From the NCBI GenBank assembly GCA_017403285.1, contig JAFQOI010000049.1:1288-65287 (forward strand): a DNA stretch of 64,000 nt. Direction: 5' to 3'. Each line of letters starts with the position of its first letter. The stretch's first letter is position 1. Of this stretch, positions 49,250 through 59,157 are shown piece by piece. A program made the position numbers and the translations under genes. The notes beneath the pieces are model-generated. The model saw only the letters and a list, made by a program, of their open reading frames with translations, did no database searches and was not told where the DNA came from. Source of the DNA: a bacterium (GTDB taxonomy: Bacteria > Cyanobacteriota > Vampirovibrionia > Gastranaerophilales > Gastranaerophilaceae).

Positions 49250-51004
49250 ATGACAGATAAGAAAACACTTTTTATAGACGGTCTGGAAGTTGAATTTACA
49301 AATGAACCAAATCTACTTGAAGTTATAAAAAAAGCAGGTATGAGCGTTCCAACTTTATGTTATCGTCCAGATTTAACACAATTTGGTGCTTGCAGAATGT
49401 GCGTAGTAGAAGTTGAAGGACGAGGAATTCAATCTTCATGTACAATGCCACCAGAAAACGGATTAAAAATTCATTTGAATACAGAAAAAACAAGAAGAAT
49501 TAGAAAAACAGTTTTAGAACTTCTTTTAGCAAACCACGATAAAGAATGTTTAACTTGTGAAAAATCTGGTTCTTGTGAACTTCAAAAATATTCAGAAGAA
49601 TATGGAGTAAGAAAAATTCGTTATCCAGAAAAGAAGAAAGAAGAATTTTTCCCAATAGACAATTACAATCCATCAATAGTTAGAGATCCAAACAAATGTA
49701 TTCTCTGTGGTGCTTGTGTTAGAGCTTGTAGCGAGTTTCAAGGACACAGTGTTCTAGGTTTTGTAAACAGAGGTTCTAACACCAGAGTTGAACCTATGAA
49801 CGGAAAACATTTAAGTCAAGTTGATTGCGTATTCTGCGGTCAATGTCAAACTGTATGCCCAACAGGTGCATTAACAATAAAATCTGCAATAGATGAAGTT
49901 TGGGACAAAATAAATGACAACACTAAAAAAGTTGTTATACAAATTGCACCTGCTGTACGTGTTGCATTAGGCGAAGAATTTAACATTGATGCCGGTGAAA
50001 ACTCTATAGGAAAAATTTATGCGGCAGCAAGAAGAATCGGCTTTGACCTTGTGTTTGATACAAACTTCTCCGCTGATTTAACAATTATGGAAGAAGCAAA
50101 TGAATTCATAGAAAGATTATCAAAAGGTGGAGTACTACCATTGTTTACATCTTGCTGTCCTGCTTGGGTAAGATATTTAGAAACTCAACATCCTGATATG
50201 CTAAAACACTTATCAAGTTGCAAATCACCTCAAGGAATGTTATCTCCAGTTGTAAAAGAATTCTTACCAAAATACTATGAAGGATACAAGAAAGAAGATA
50301 TAGTTGTTGTTTCTGTTATGCCTTGTACTGCGAAAAAGTATGAAGCAGTTAGAGAACAATTATTAGGCGAAACAGATTTTGTATTAACAACAAAAGAATT
50401 CGCAAGAATGATTAAAATGGCTGGTATTAACTTCAAAGCATTAAAAGAAGAGAAAGCAAACTCTCCATTTGGACAATATTCAGGTGCTGCGACAATATTT
50501 GGAGCATCAGGTGGTGTTGCTGAAGCAGCAGTGAGAACCGCATACAATATGGTAACTGGCGAAGAACTTTCTAATGTAGACATTAAAACAATGCGTGGTG
50601 TTGATGCTGACTCCAGAACAAAAGATACAGTTGTAGATATAAAAGGAACAAAAGTAAAAGTTCGCGTTGTTTCAACATTAAAAGAAGCAGAAAAGTCATT
50701 AAAAGAGATTAAATCAGGTACTTCTGATTTCCAAATTTTAGAAGTAATGGCTTGCCCTGGCGGATGTGTTAACGGTGGCGGACAACCAATAAGTTGCTCA
50801 GATTCTTCTATAAAAGAAAAAAGAGCAGAAGGTCTTTACAAGGAAGATGAAAATCTAGAACTGAGAAAATCTCACCAAAATCCTGATATTAAAAAGTTAT
50901 ATGCTGAATGTTTAGAAGGAAAACCTGGCAGCCATACTGCTCATAAACTTCTTCATACAACTTACACAGATAAATTCACAAATTCATACAAGGATCTTAA
51001 ATAA
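49250..51004 (+). CDS. hydA: [FeFe]-hydrogenase catalytic subunit
   Basis: H-cluster motifs TSCCPAW, MPCTAKKYE and ACPGGCVNGGGQP are present. The N-terminus has a [2Fe-2S] motif and two [4Fe-4S] motifs (CILCGACVRAC, CVFCGQCQTVCP). Confidence 0.93.
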   Translation: MTDKKTLFIDGLEVEFTNEPNLLEVIKKAGMSVPTLCYRPDLTQFGACRMCVVEVEGRGIQSSCTMPPENGLKIHLNTEKTRRIRKTVLELLLANHDKECLTCEKSGSCELQKYSEEYGVRKIRYPEKKKEEFFPIDNYNPSIVRDPNKCILCGACVRACSEFQGHSVLGFVNRGSNTRVEPMNGKHLSQVDCVFCGQCQTVCPTGALTIKSAIDEVWDKINDNTKKVVIQIAPAVRVALGEEFNIDAGENSIGKIYAAARRIGFDLVFDTNFSADLTIMEEANEFIERLSKGGVLPLFTSCCPAWVRYLETQHPDMLKHLSSCKSPQGMLSPVVKEFLPKYYEGYKKEDIVVVSVMPCTAKKYEAVREQLLGETDFVLTTKEFARMIKMAGINFKALKEEKANSPFGQYSGAATIFGASGGVAEAAVRTAYNMVTGEELSNVDIKTMRGVDADSRTKDTVVDIKGTKVKVRVVSTLKEAEKSLKEIKSGTSDFQILEVMACPGGCVNGGGQPISCSDSSIKEKRAEGLYKEDENLELRKSHQNPDIKKLYAECLEGKPGSHTAHKLLHTTYTDKFTNSYKDLK

Positions 51005-51016
51005 ACAGGAGACTGG

Positions 51017-52192
51017 ATGAATAACTGGAAAAAAATATTAATAGCAATTGCTGTTGTATTGTGTCTAGGATTAATTTTAGAAGTGGCTTCATATTTATGG
51101 CAATCTAATAGACTTGTAAAACAAGGCTATAGATTTGCCAATGGAGCGACTAAGCCGCCTTATCCAACAGAAATAATCACATTTTCAAAAGAATATTTTG
51201 AAAATCTTGATAAGGATAGAATTATAAAAAACGTTGCCGGAAATCAATATAAAACATCAACGATTATGGTTTTCGGTGACGTTTTTGTTAATAGTTTTGA
51301 TAACAGCAACAACACTTTTGCTCACAAACTTGCAAAAGAAACAAAGCGTCCTGTATACAATATGGGAGAATGTGGTTGGGGTATTCCTCATATGTATTTC
51401 TTGCTAAAAAACGAAAAAGAATTAGATAAAATAAATCCAGAAACAATAATATTTTTCTACCATAGCGACATGAAAAATAGACTTACTTCTTTTTCTTTTT
51501 ACCCACATCATTCATTTCTAAATTTAAAATACAAGCTTGATGATGGAACTCTGATAGAAGATAAACCTATTATTATGGGAGCATATAGGTCTTATGCGCT
51601 AAGAAACTTTGAAAGATTTATTGGCTGGAGAAAAGCAACATCAAAATATGAATCTATTCAAGAAAAGAATTTTGATTTAATTGCAAAACTTTTTAAAGAA
51701 TCTAAAGAACTAGCACAAAAAAAATATCCAAATCTTAAGAAGTTTATAATATTAAGAATGCCTGCGCCTTGGGAAACCATATCAAAATTAGAAGAGTACA
51801 AAGAAACAAATAAAATTGCAAATGCAGAATATAAACTAATAAAAGAATTACAGGATGAAGGTTATATAGTAATAGATATTCCAGAACTTACAACTTCAAA
51901 CATCTATAAATCCGAAAATTTCTCAAAAGACAGTAGTTTAAAACCAGAAATTCTTGATGAAATTATTCCGGTAATAGTAAAGAATGAAAAACTAAAGACT
52001 AAAGAACCTGTAGTAAAAAAGAAAAAAAGAACCATTGCAAAAAAAGTTACACAACAAACAAAAGAAAAAAAAGAGACTGTAACAACTACGAAAGATGAGT
52101 CAACTCCAAATGAAATAGAAATTACAACAAAAGAAAAGAAAAAATTCTGGGAAAGATTTAAACGTAATAAAAAAACAGATATTGACAAATAA
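51017..52192 (+). CDS. hypothetical N-terminally anchored protein with Lys-rich tail
   Basis: It has a single N-terminal TM helix (ILIAIAVVLCLGLILEV). The block IMVFGDVFVNSF resembles SGNH block I but has Val where the Ser nucleophile would be. The C-terminal ~70 aa are Lys/Thr/Glu-rich. It lies 12 nt after hydA. Confidence 0.6.
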   Translation: MNNWKKILIAIAVVLCLGLILEVASYLWQSNRLVKQGYRFANGATKPPYPTEIITFSKEYFENLDKDRIIKNVAGNQYKTSTIMVFGDVFVNSFDNSNNTFAHKLAKETKRPVYNMGECGWGIPHMYFLLKNEKELDKINPETIIFFYHSDMKNRLTSFSFYPHHSFLNLKYKLDDGTLIEDKPIIMGAYRSYALRNFERFIGWRKATSKYESIQEKNFDLIAKLFKESKELAQKKYPNLKKFIILRMPAPWETISKLEEYKETNKIANAEYKLIKELQDEGYIVIDIPELTTSNIYKSENFSKDSSLKPEILDEIIPVIVKNEKLKTKEPVVKKKKRTIAKKVTQQTKEKKETVTTTKDESTPNEIEITTKEKKKFWERFKRNKKTDIDK

Positions 52193-52230
52193 ATATGTCA
52201 GAGTTAATTTTATAGAAAAGGGAAAAAATA

Positions 52231-52314
52231 GTGTTTACAAACGTACAAATGATGAATATGATGATGTGCATGCAAGGCTCAATGTCAGGCAGTCATTATT
52301 TGTTGCGAATGTGA
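52231..52314 (+). CDS. candidate Met-rich mini-ORF (27 codons from GTG; 21 from ATG 52249)
   Basis: Hand translation gives (V)FTNVQMMNMMMCMQGSMSGSHYLLRM*. A purine-rich stretch (AAGGGAAAAAA) precedes the GTG. There is no independent support for translation. Confidence 0.25.
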   Translation: MFTNVQMMNMMMCMQGSMSGSHYLLRM

Positions 52315-52335
52315 AACCTCGTTAAAAATAATTTA

Positions 52336-52363
52336 GAAGCTGCCTAAGATGGGCGGCTTTTTT
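52336..52363 (+). terminator. intrinsic terminator
   Basis: The stem AAGCTGCC (52337..52344) pairs with GGCGGCTT (52352..52359) around a 7-nt loop, and a T-run extends to 52363. Confidence 0.7.
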
Positions 52364-52397
52364 AATGTAAAAAAGATTTAGATTTAATGAGGGAAAT

Positions 52398-53762
52398 ATG
52401 ATAACACTTAGCGAAAAACAAATAATAAATGGTAAGAATAGAAATAAAGAATATCCAAGTTTTAAAGGAAATGCTCTCACTGCTGGTGCAAAGGTTGCTG
52501 ACCTTTTCATAAAATCACAAGAAAATCTATCATCAACAAGATTTATACAAGATACAGTAACAAATTGGGCGCCAAAAGCGGTATTTGCAAGAAGCAAAGC
52601 CGATTTTGCAGAAATGAGTTTTTTGGAATTTCTAGAATCAGCAATTTTTTATTTTGCATCACCAATTTTAGGTGAGAAATTATTTAGAAATGGTCTTTTC
52701 AAAAACTTTGCACCAGAAACGATAAAAAAGACAGTAAATGAACAAATCCCAAAAACAATAGAAGAAATATCAAAGAATACAACAATAACAGAAGAAGTTA
52801 AAAAACGAGCAATATCAACAAAAGCCGGTATAATACTTGCTTGTGCTGCAATTCCAATTGCAGAATACACTTTAAGTTTTGCCAAAAATCTTTTTACACT
52901 AAAAACATTCAATAAGAGTAATTTCAACAACATTGCAAATCTAGACAAAGGACAAAATGAAAAAGAAGATAAAGCACAACAAGAACGTGTAGAAAACAAC
53001 TCAAAAAAACAATTAAAAAAAGCGGCTATATTATCAATCGCAGGCGTTGCCGCAGGGACAACCCTTGCAGCAATTGGGCATAAGTCGAATGCACTACAAA
53101 AAGTTTCAAAAACAATTATAAATCCAGGAACGGCCATTGCCACCGGAATTGAAAAAATAGGAATAAAAAATAATAAATTAAAAAATATTCTTTCGAAATT
53201 CTCTCTTGATTTTGCAAACGATAAAGGAAAACTAGCACTAGGAAAAGGCCAACTTGCACTGACTGCTATTCTTGGATTATTTGGTTACTCTAAAGCAGCA
53301 GAAGACAGAGGAAAACTAGATGTTGCAGAAGTATGGACAAGAGTTCCTCTTGTTGTGTTCTACACAATTTTTGGAAGTGAGCTTTTTGAAAAAGGATTTA
53401 CTAAAATTTTAGAAAAGAGAAATAAATTCCCAGATTTAGTAAAGAAAACAGCAGAGGGTAAATTAATAACACCAACTCGAGCAGAACTTCCTGCCCTTGC
53501 TGAGAAATTAGCGAAAGCAAAACAAACAACACCTGCAAAAGAACTTGCAAGATTAACAAAAGAAAAGGCATTCATACAAGGTGTTCCTTATGCATTTAGT
53601 TTACTATTTATGGGATTTACTCTATCTGCAATAACTAGATTGTGGACACAATATAGATATAATCACCAACAAAAAGAAGCACTAAAGGATGTACTAAACA
53701 CTAAAAATGCATTCAGTATTGAAGAAACACCCGATATTTTCAAAAGTTTTAATCTAGTATAA
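52398..53762 (+). CDS. hypothetical polytopic membrane protein with N-terminal tag (..EYPSFKG)
   Basis: 454-aa ORF with an SD (GAGGGA) upstream and about six hydrophobic segments. N-terminus is MITLSEKQIINGKNRNKEYPSFKG. Confidence 0.7.
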   Translation: MITLSEKQIINGKNRNKEYPSFKGNALTAGAKVADLFIKSQENLSSTRFIQDTVTNWAPKAVFARSKADFAEMSFLEFLESAIFYFASPILGEKLFRNGLFKNFAPETIKKTVNEQIPKTIEEISKNTTITEEVKKRAISTKAGIILACAAIPIAEYTLSFAKNLFTLKTFNKSNFNNIANLDKGQNEKEDKAQQERVENNSKKQLKKAAILSIAGVAAGTTLAAIGHKSNALQKVSKTIINPGTAIATGIEKIGIKNNKLKNILSKFSLDFANDKGKLALGKGQLALTAILGLFGYSKAAEDRGKLDVAEVWTRVPLVVFYTIFGSELFEKGFTKILEKRNKFPDLVKKTAEGKLITPTRAELPALAEKLAKAKQTTPAKELARLTKEKAFIQGVPYAFSLLFMGFTLSAITRLWTQYRYNHQQKEALKDVLNTKNAFSIEETPDIFKSFNLV

Positions 53763-54455
53763 AGAAATAATTTTAAGAATTGCGTCATTTGCCAGAGCAT
53801 AAATTTCATCAAGTTGTGCTTTTTCAAATGGTGCACCTTCGGCAGTCGTTTGAAATTCAATGATTTTTGAAGATTTTGTCATAACCACATTACTATCAAC
53901 TTGAGCATGAGAATCTTCACTATAGTCCAAATCTAATTTAACTTCACCATCAATCAAACCAACGGAAACAGCAGCAATTGGTTCTATAACAGGATTTTCC
54001 ACCAACAATCCTTGTTCAATAAGTTTTTGAAAAGCGATATTCATTGCAATAAAACCGCCACAAATTGATGCACACCTAGTTCCTCCATCCGCCTGAATAA
54101 CATCAGCATCAATAGTAATTGTTCTATCGCCAATTTTTTCTAAATCTACACAAGAACGAAGACTTCGACCTATTAACCGTTGAATTTCTTGAGTTCTACC
54201 TGAAATTTTTGAACGTTCTCTCTGACATCTAGTATGAGTTGCAGAAGGAAGTAAAGAATATTCAGCAGTAATCCAACCTCTTGTATCAGTTTTTTCCATC
54301 CAACGTGGTTTACATTCTTCAACAGATGCAGTAACGATTACTTTTGTATCACCAAATTCGACTAAAACAGAGCCTAAAGCATGCTTTGTATAATCTTTTG
54401 TTATTTTTATATCTCTTAATTCATTATTTTTTCTTCCATTTAAACGCTCAGCCAT
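53754..54455 (-). CDS. rph: ribonuclease PH
   Basis: The start is moved to MAERLNGRKNNELRDIKITKDY. GSVLVEFGDTKV, SGRTQEIQRLIGRSLR and DADVIQADGGTR are RNase PH motifs. Confidence 0.9.
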   Translation of the reverse strand: MAERLNGRKNNELRDIKITKDYTKHALGSVLVEFGDTKVIVTASVEECKPRWMEKTDTRGWITAEYSLLPSATHTRCQRERSKISGRTQEIQRLIGRSLRSCVDLEKIGDRTITIDADVIQADGGTRCASICGGFIAMNIAFQKLIEQGLLVENPVIEPIAAVSVGLIDGEVKLDLDYSEDSHAQVDSNVVMTKSSKIIEFQTTAEGAPFEKAQLDEIYALANDAILKIISLY

Positions 54456-54530
54456 TTTTTCTGAACCCTTTTTTATAAAATACATTTGTGATAAATTAAT
54501 CTTATCATATTTGTTCAAAGGTGTAATATT

Positions 54531-56099
54531 ATGCAAGAAAAATTTTACTTAACAACAGCAATTGATTATGTTAATGGTGCTCCACATATTGGACACGCAT
54601 ACGAAAAAATATTATCTGATGTAATCATAAGACACAAAAGACAATTAACAGACAATGCTTATATGCTCACAGGAACAGATGAGCACGGCATTAAAATACA
54701 AAAAACAGCAGGAGAAAAGGGCATAACACCAAAAGAACTTTGTGATGAGAATTTCTCAAAATTTGAAGAAGCGTGGAAAGAACTTGAAATAAGTTATGAT
54801 CAAATAATAAGAACGACTGATGAACAACACAAAAGAGTTGTTAAGCAAATTTTTAAGAAAATATATGAAAATGGAGATATTTATAAACACTCATACAAAG
54901 GTTTATATTGTGCAGGCTGTGAAACATTTTTAAATCCAAAAGATTTAACTGAAGATGGTCTTTGCCCTGTACATATGAAAAAACCAGAAGAAGTAACAGA
55001 AGAAAACTACTTCTTTAGACTTTCTAAATACAAAGAAAAAATAGCAAATCACATAAAAACACACCCAGAATTTATACAACCGTCAATAAGAGTAAATGAA
55101 ATATTAAACCAACTAGAAAATATTGAAGACATCTCCGTTTCAAGGACAAAGGCTTCTGTACAATGGGGAATTGGAGTTGATGGTGATGACACTCAAACAA
55201 TATATGTTTGGATTGATGCTCTTTCAAACTATATAACAGCAATAGGTTATGATATTGAAAATCCATCTGAAAAATTTAACAAATTATGGCCTGCTAATGT
55301 CCATGTTATCGGAAAAGACATTATAAAATTTCACTCAATTTATTGGAGTGCAATTCTTATGTCGCTAGGCTTACCATTAGCAAACACAATTTTTGCGCAT
55401 GGTTGGATAACAATTGACCAATCAAAAATGAGCAAATCTTTAGGAAATGTAATTGCGCCACACACAGTTTTAGAAGCATTTAATCTCGAAAAACCAGATG
55501 CGTTTAGATATTATATGGCATCAGCAGCACTTTCTGGAAAAGATGGGAACTACTCTGATGAAGACTTCAAAGAAAAAGTAAATGCTGATTTGGCTAACAA
55601 CATTGGTAATTTATTAAATAGAACACTTAATATGCTTGTCAAATATTTCGAGGGAGAAATAAAGCCTGAATTTGTGTCAAACAACAATTCCAAAATTGCC
55701 ATTTTAGCAGAAAATACAAAGAAACAAGTAATAGAACATTTTAATCATTACGAAATTGCGGAAGCATCAAACACAATAGTTTCTTTTGCAGATGCAGTTA
55801 ACAAATATGTAACGGAAACAGCGCCATGGTCACTTGCAAAAGAAGAAAAAATGATTGAATGTGGACAAGTACTGTATAATGTTTTAGAAGCAATGAGATA
55901 TATTGCAATATTGATACATCCATACTGTCCTAATATAGCAACTGATATATTAACTCAATTAGATGAAAAAATTGATTTTAAATATGATAACCTTGTTTGG
56001 GGAAAGTTGAAACAAGGGAAAATAACAGAAAAAGACAAAATAAAACCAGTATTTTTAAGACTGGACTCGGAATTCGCTACAGATAAAAAGAAAGCCTAA
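54531..56099 (+). CDS. metG: methionine--tRNA ligase (short form, no C-terminal tRNA-binding domain)
   Basis: HIGHAYE and KMSKSLGN are present, together with a zinc knuckle (CAGCETF...CPVH). Confidence 0.93.
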   Translation: MQEKFYLTTAIDYVNGAPHIGHAYEKILSDVIIRHKRQLTDNAYMLTGTDEHGIKIQKTAGEKGITPKELCDENFSKFEEAWKELEISYDQIIRTTDEQHKRVVKQIFKKIYENGDIYKHSYKGLYCAGCETFLNPKDLTEDGLCPVHMKKPEEVTEENYFFRLSKYKEKIANHIKTHPEFIQPSIRVNEILNQLENIEDISVSRTKASVQWGIGVDGDDTQTIYVWIDALSNYITAIGYDIENPSEKFNKLWPANVHVIGKDIIKFHSIYWSAILMSLGLPLANTIFAHGWITIDQSKMSKSLGNVIAPHTVLEAFNLEKPDAFRYYMASAALSGKDGNYSDEDFKEKVNADLANNIGNLLNRTLNMLVKYFEGEIKPEFVSNNNSKIAILAENTKKQVIEHFNHYEIAEASNTIVSFADAVNKYVTETAPWSLAKEEKMIECGQVLYNVLEAMRYIAILIHPYCPNIATDILTQLDEKIDFKYDNLVWGKLKQGKITEKDKIKPVFLRLDSEFATDKKKA

Positions 56100-56105
56100 T
56101 TTAAA

Positions 56106-57215
56106 TTGCTATATGAAGAAATAAAGCAAGTATATAATCCAGTAAAAACAATGTTTAAAAAAGCATTGAAAGTTTTTAATGTCGAATCTTTGAACAAGTC
56201 AATAAAAGAAAACGAAGCAAAACTTCAAGAACCAGTTGTTTGGTCAAATCCAGAAATATCATCAAAAATTTCACAAGAAATAAAGGAAGATAAAGATAAT
56301 TTAGCCAAAGTTTCTCACTGGAAAAATCTTGTAAGTGATATTGAAACATTATTTGAATTGTATGAAGAAACAAAAGATGATACAACAATTCAAGAAGTGG
56401 AAATAACAATAAAGCAATTAAAATCAGAACTAGAAACTTGGGAAATAGAATCAACATTAAGTGGAGAATATGATAAATCTGATGCAATTATAACCGTAAA
56501 TGCAGGTGCGGGTGGCACTGATGCGCAAGATTGGGCTCAAATGCTATTCAGGATGTACAATCGCTGGGCAGAATCAAAACATTGGAAAGTTGATTTAATA
56601 GAACGCTCTGATGGGGAAGAAGCAGGAATAAAGTCTGCTACAATAAAAGTTTCTGGAAAGTATGCTTACGGATTAGCAAAAGCAGAAAAAGGCGTGCATA
56701 GACTTGTTAGAATATCCCCTTTCAATGCCAATGGAAAAAGACAAACAAGTTTTGCAAGTTTAGAAGTCAGCCCTGTAATAGAAGATTTTTCAAAGAAAAT
56801 TGTAATTCCTCAAGAAGACATAGTTGTTGATACAATGCGTTCAGGTGGTGCTGGTGGACAGAATGTCAACAAAGTTGAAACCGCAGTAAGAATTCTTCAT
56901 AAACCAACAGGGATTGTTGTTAGATGCCAACAACAACGCTCTCAACTTCAAAACAAAGAAACTGCAATGCAAATCCTTGCATCAAAACTTTTAGCAATAA
57001 AACAAGCAGAACACGAAGCAAAATTAATGAAATTAAAAGGACAAAATGTAGATATAAACTTTGGTTCACAAATACGTTCTTATGTATTCCATCCATACAA
57101 AATGGTGAAAGATCACAGAACAAATTTTGAAGTTGGAAATGTTGATTCTGTAATGGATGGAAATATTGATGGTTTTATTGAAGCATTTTTAAAACAAGAT
57201 GTAAAAATAGAATAA
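56106..57215 (+). CDS. prfB: peptide chain release factor 2 (no programmed frameshift)
   Basis: The SPF tripeptide (RISPFNA) and GGQ ([17 protein letters not shown]) are present. The full-length N-terminal helix region is encoded in one frame from TTG 56106. Confidence 0.88.
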   Translation: MLYEEIKQVYNPVKTMFKKALKVFNVESLNKSIKENEAKLQEPVVWSNPEISSKISQEIKEDKDNLAKVSHWKNLVSDIETLFELYEETKDDTTIQEVEITIKQLKSELETWEIESTLSGEYDKSDAIITVNAGAGGTDAQDWAQMLFRMYNRWAESKHWKVDLIERSDGEEAGIKSATIKVSGKYAYGLAKAEKGVHRLVRISPFNANGKRQTSFASLEVSPVIEDFSKKIVIPQEDIVVDTMRSGGAGGQNVNKVETAVRILHKPTGIVVRCQQQRSQLQNKETAMQILASKLLAIKQAEHEAKLMKLKGQNVDINFGSQIRSYVFHPYKMVKDHRTNFEVGNVDSVMDGNIDGFIEAFLKQDVKIE

Positions 57216-57279
57216 AAAATACTATGATTACATTAATGTAAATTTTTTATAGATATGCTATAATTCCACTAAGATAGTC

Positions 57280-59157
57280 TTGGCAGTGGAAATGATTAGT
57301 AGATATAAACGTTTATATGAGTATTTTCTATCAATTATCGCAGTGATAATGTTATCTGCGAATGTTTCATGTGCCACTGAAGAAGCAGTCATAACAGATA
57401 TTTCAGATGAATCAAAGATAACAAAAATAGAATTTCTTGGAAATCACTTAATCAATGAAAATGACATAATAAAAGTCATGAACATGCAAGTTGGTGATGC
57501 ATATAACAAAGATAAAGTTCAACAAAACCTTAAAGCAATTTACAAAACTGGATATTTTTCAGAGAAAATGAAAGCTATCCCAATTCCAACAGCGCCAGAC
57601 TCCGTTACATTAAGAATTTATTTAGAAGAAAACATTCCAATTACTGGATTTGCTATATCAGGAAACACCGTTGTATCAACTGGTGAAATTCTTGATATTT
57701 TAAGTAGCATTGAAGGTCAACCACAAAATTTAAGAACACTAGCAGAAGCAGTTAGTGAAGTTACTGACTTGTACGCATCAAAAGGATATGTTCTAGCAAA
57801 TATTGCAAACGTACAAGATGACCCTGATGGTTGTGTAAATATTGAAATCGATGAAGGTGTAATCAATTCAATAGCCTTTGAAGGGAACAAGAAAACAAAA
57901 GACTTCGTTATCGAAAGAAACATATTATCAGTTCCTGGAACGGTATACAATGAAAATACAATAAAAGAAGACTTAATGCGATTATACGCAACTCAAGCTT
58001 TTAAAGATGTTAATCGTACAATTGAAAGAAGTGATGAAGACCCATCAAAATATGATGTGACAATCGTATTGGAAGAACAGAGAACTGGAACAATTTCACT
58101 TGGTGGTGGTCTTGATACAGCAACTGGTTTGTTTGGGCAAGCTGGCTTTGTTGAAAATAACTTCCTAGGAAATGGGCAAAGAGTTGGCATTAACTTTATG
58201 GCTGGTACTGGTGTAATTATGTCAGACAGTTCAACTCTTGACCATGCTAATTTACAAGCAGAAATTAGTTTCTTTGAGCCAAGATTACGTGGAACAGACA
58301 ATTCTCTACTTGTAAAGGCTTTTGGACGTGACTTTGGTAGTTATCAAGTACCTCTTGCAATTGAAAGAAGATATGGTGCAGAGATTATAGTTTCTCGTCC
58401 ATTTAAAACATATAAAAATCTAATTGGATCAATGAAATTTGGTGGCGAATACATAAAGGTTAAAGAAGGCGATTACAACAAAATTGCAAGCCTGTATTCT
58501 GCTCATAACATCCCAATTTCCGAACGTTCCAAACAACTTCAAGGTGGAACATACTTCACTCTTGGTCCAAGTTTAATCTATGATACAAGAAACAACACTC
58601 TCAATCCTAGAAGTGGTGTGTTAGCAACGTTAAGATTTAGTGAAAATATCAATTTCTCTGACTTTGACTATTCTCATGGTACTTTAACTGCTGGTATCAA
58701 GAAATATTTCCCTGTAATGAAAAAATCATCGTTCTCATTATTAGCTAGAGCAGGCGGAAAAATCCACGGCGATATGCCAGAGGTTATGGCATTTAGGTTA
58801 GGTGGTCCTTATACAGTAAGAGGATATAGAATGAGTTCTATTGGTACTGGCGAAGGATTTATGATGGCATCTGCTGAAATTACAACTCCATTCTTTTTCT
58901 TAGATAGAATAGAAAAAGCAGCATTCTTAGATAACATTAAGTTTTCAATGTTCTTAGATGCGGGTCAATTATTTAATGGAACAATTACAAACAAAATATA
59001 TAATAGACCAGAATACGGTATTTCAGCAGGTGTCGGCGTTAAATTGTTCATCCCTGGTGTAGGACCATTATCTATCGACTACGGCTATCCTCTAACAAAT
59101 GTTGGCGCTGGCAACAGAAAAGGTGCATTCTCGTTTGGTGTCGGAGACGTATTCTAA
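57280..59157 (+). CDS. bamA: outer membrane protein assembly factor BamA (Omp85)
   Basis: It has a signal sequence, POTRA-like repeats (I.F.GN...) and a C-terminal surface-antigen barrel ending in F. An alternative start is ATG 57292. Confidence 0.85.
   Translation: MAVEMISRYKRLYEYFLSIIAVIMLSANVSCATEEAVITDISDESKITKIEFLGNHLINENDIIKVMNMQVGDAYNKDKVQQNLKAIYKTGYFSEKMKAIPIPTAPDSVTLRIYLEENIPITGFAISGNTVVSTGEILDILSSIEGQPQNLRTLAEAVSEVTDLYASKGYVLANIANVQDDPDGCVNIEIDEGVINSIAFEGNKKTKDFVIERNILSVPGTVYNENTIKEDLMRLYATQAFKDVNRTIERSDEDPSKYDVTIVLEEQRTGTISLGGGLDTATGLFGQAGFVENNFLGNGQRVGINFMAGTGVIMSDSSTLDHANLQAEISFFEPRLRGTDNSLLVKAFGRDFGSYQVPLAIERRYGAEIIVSRPFKTYKNLIGSMKFGGEYIKVKEGDYNKIASLYSAHNIPISERSKQLQGGTYFTLGPSLIYDTRNNTLNPRSGVLATLRFSENINFSDFDYSHGTLTAGIKKYFPVMKKSSFSLLARAGGKIHGDMPEVMAFRLGGPYTVRGYRMSSIGTGEGFMMASAEITTPFFFLDRIEKAAFLDNIKFSMFLDAGQLFNGTITNKIYNRPEYGISAGVGVKLFIPGVGPLSIDYGYPLTNVGAGNRKGAFSFGVGDVF

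Noticed and set aside
56106-56260. Looked for the canonical RF2 +1 frameshift site (CTT TGA C after ~25 codons)
   Set aside because: It is not present. The N-terminal region is continuous in one frame, so there is no recoding event to report.
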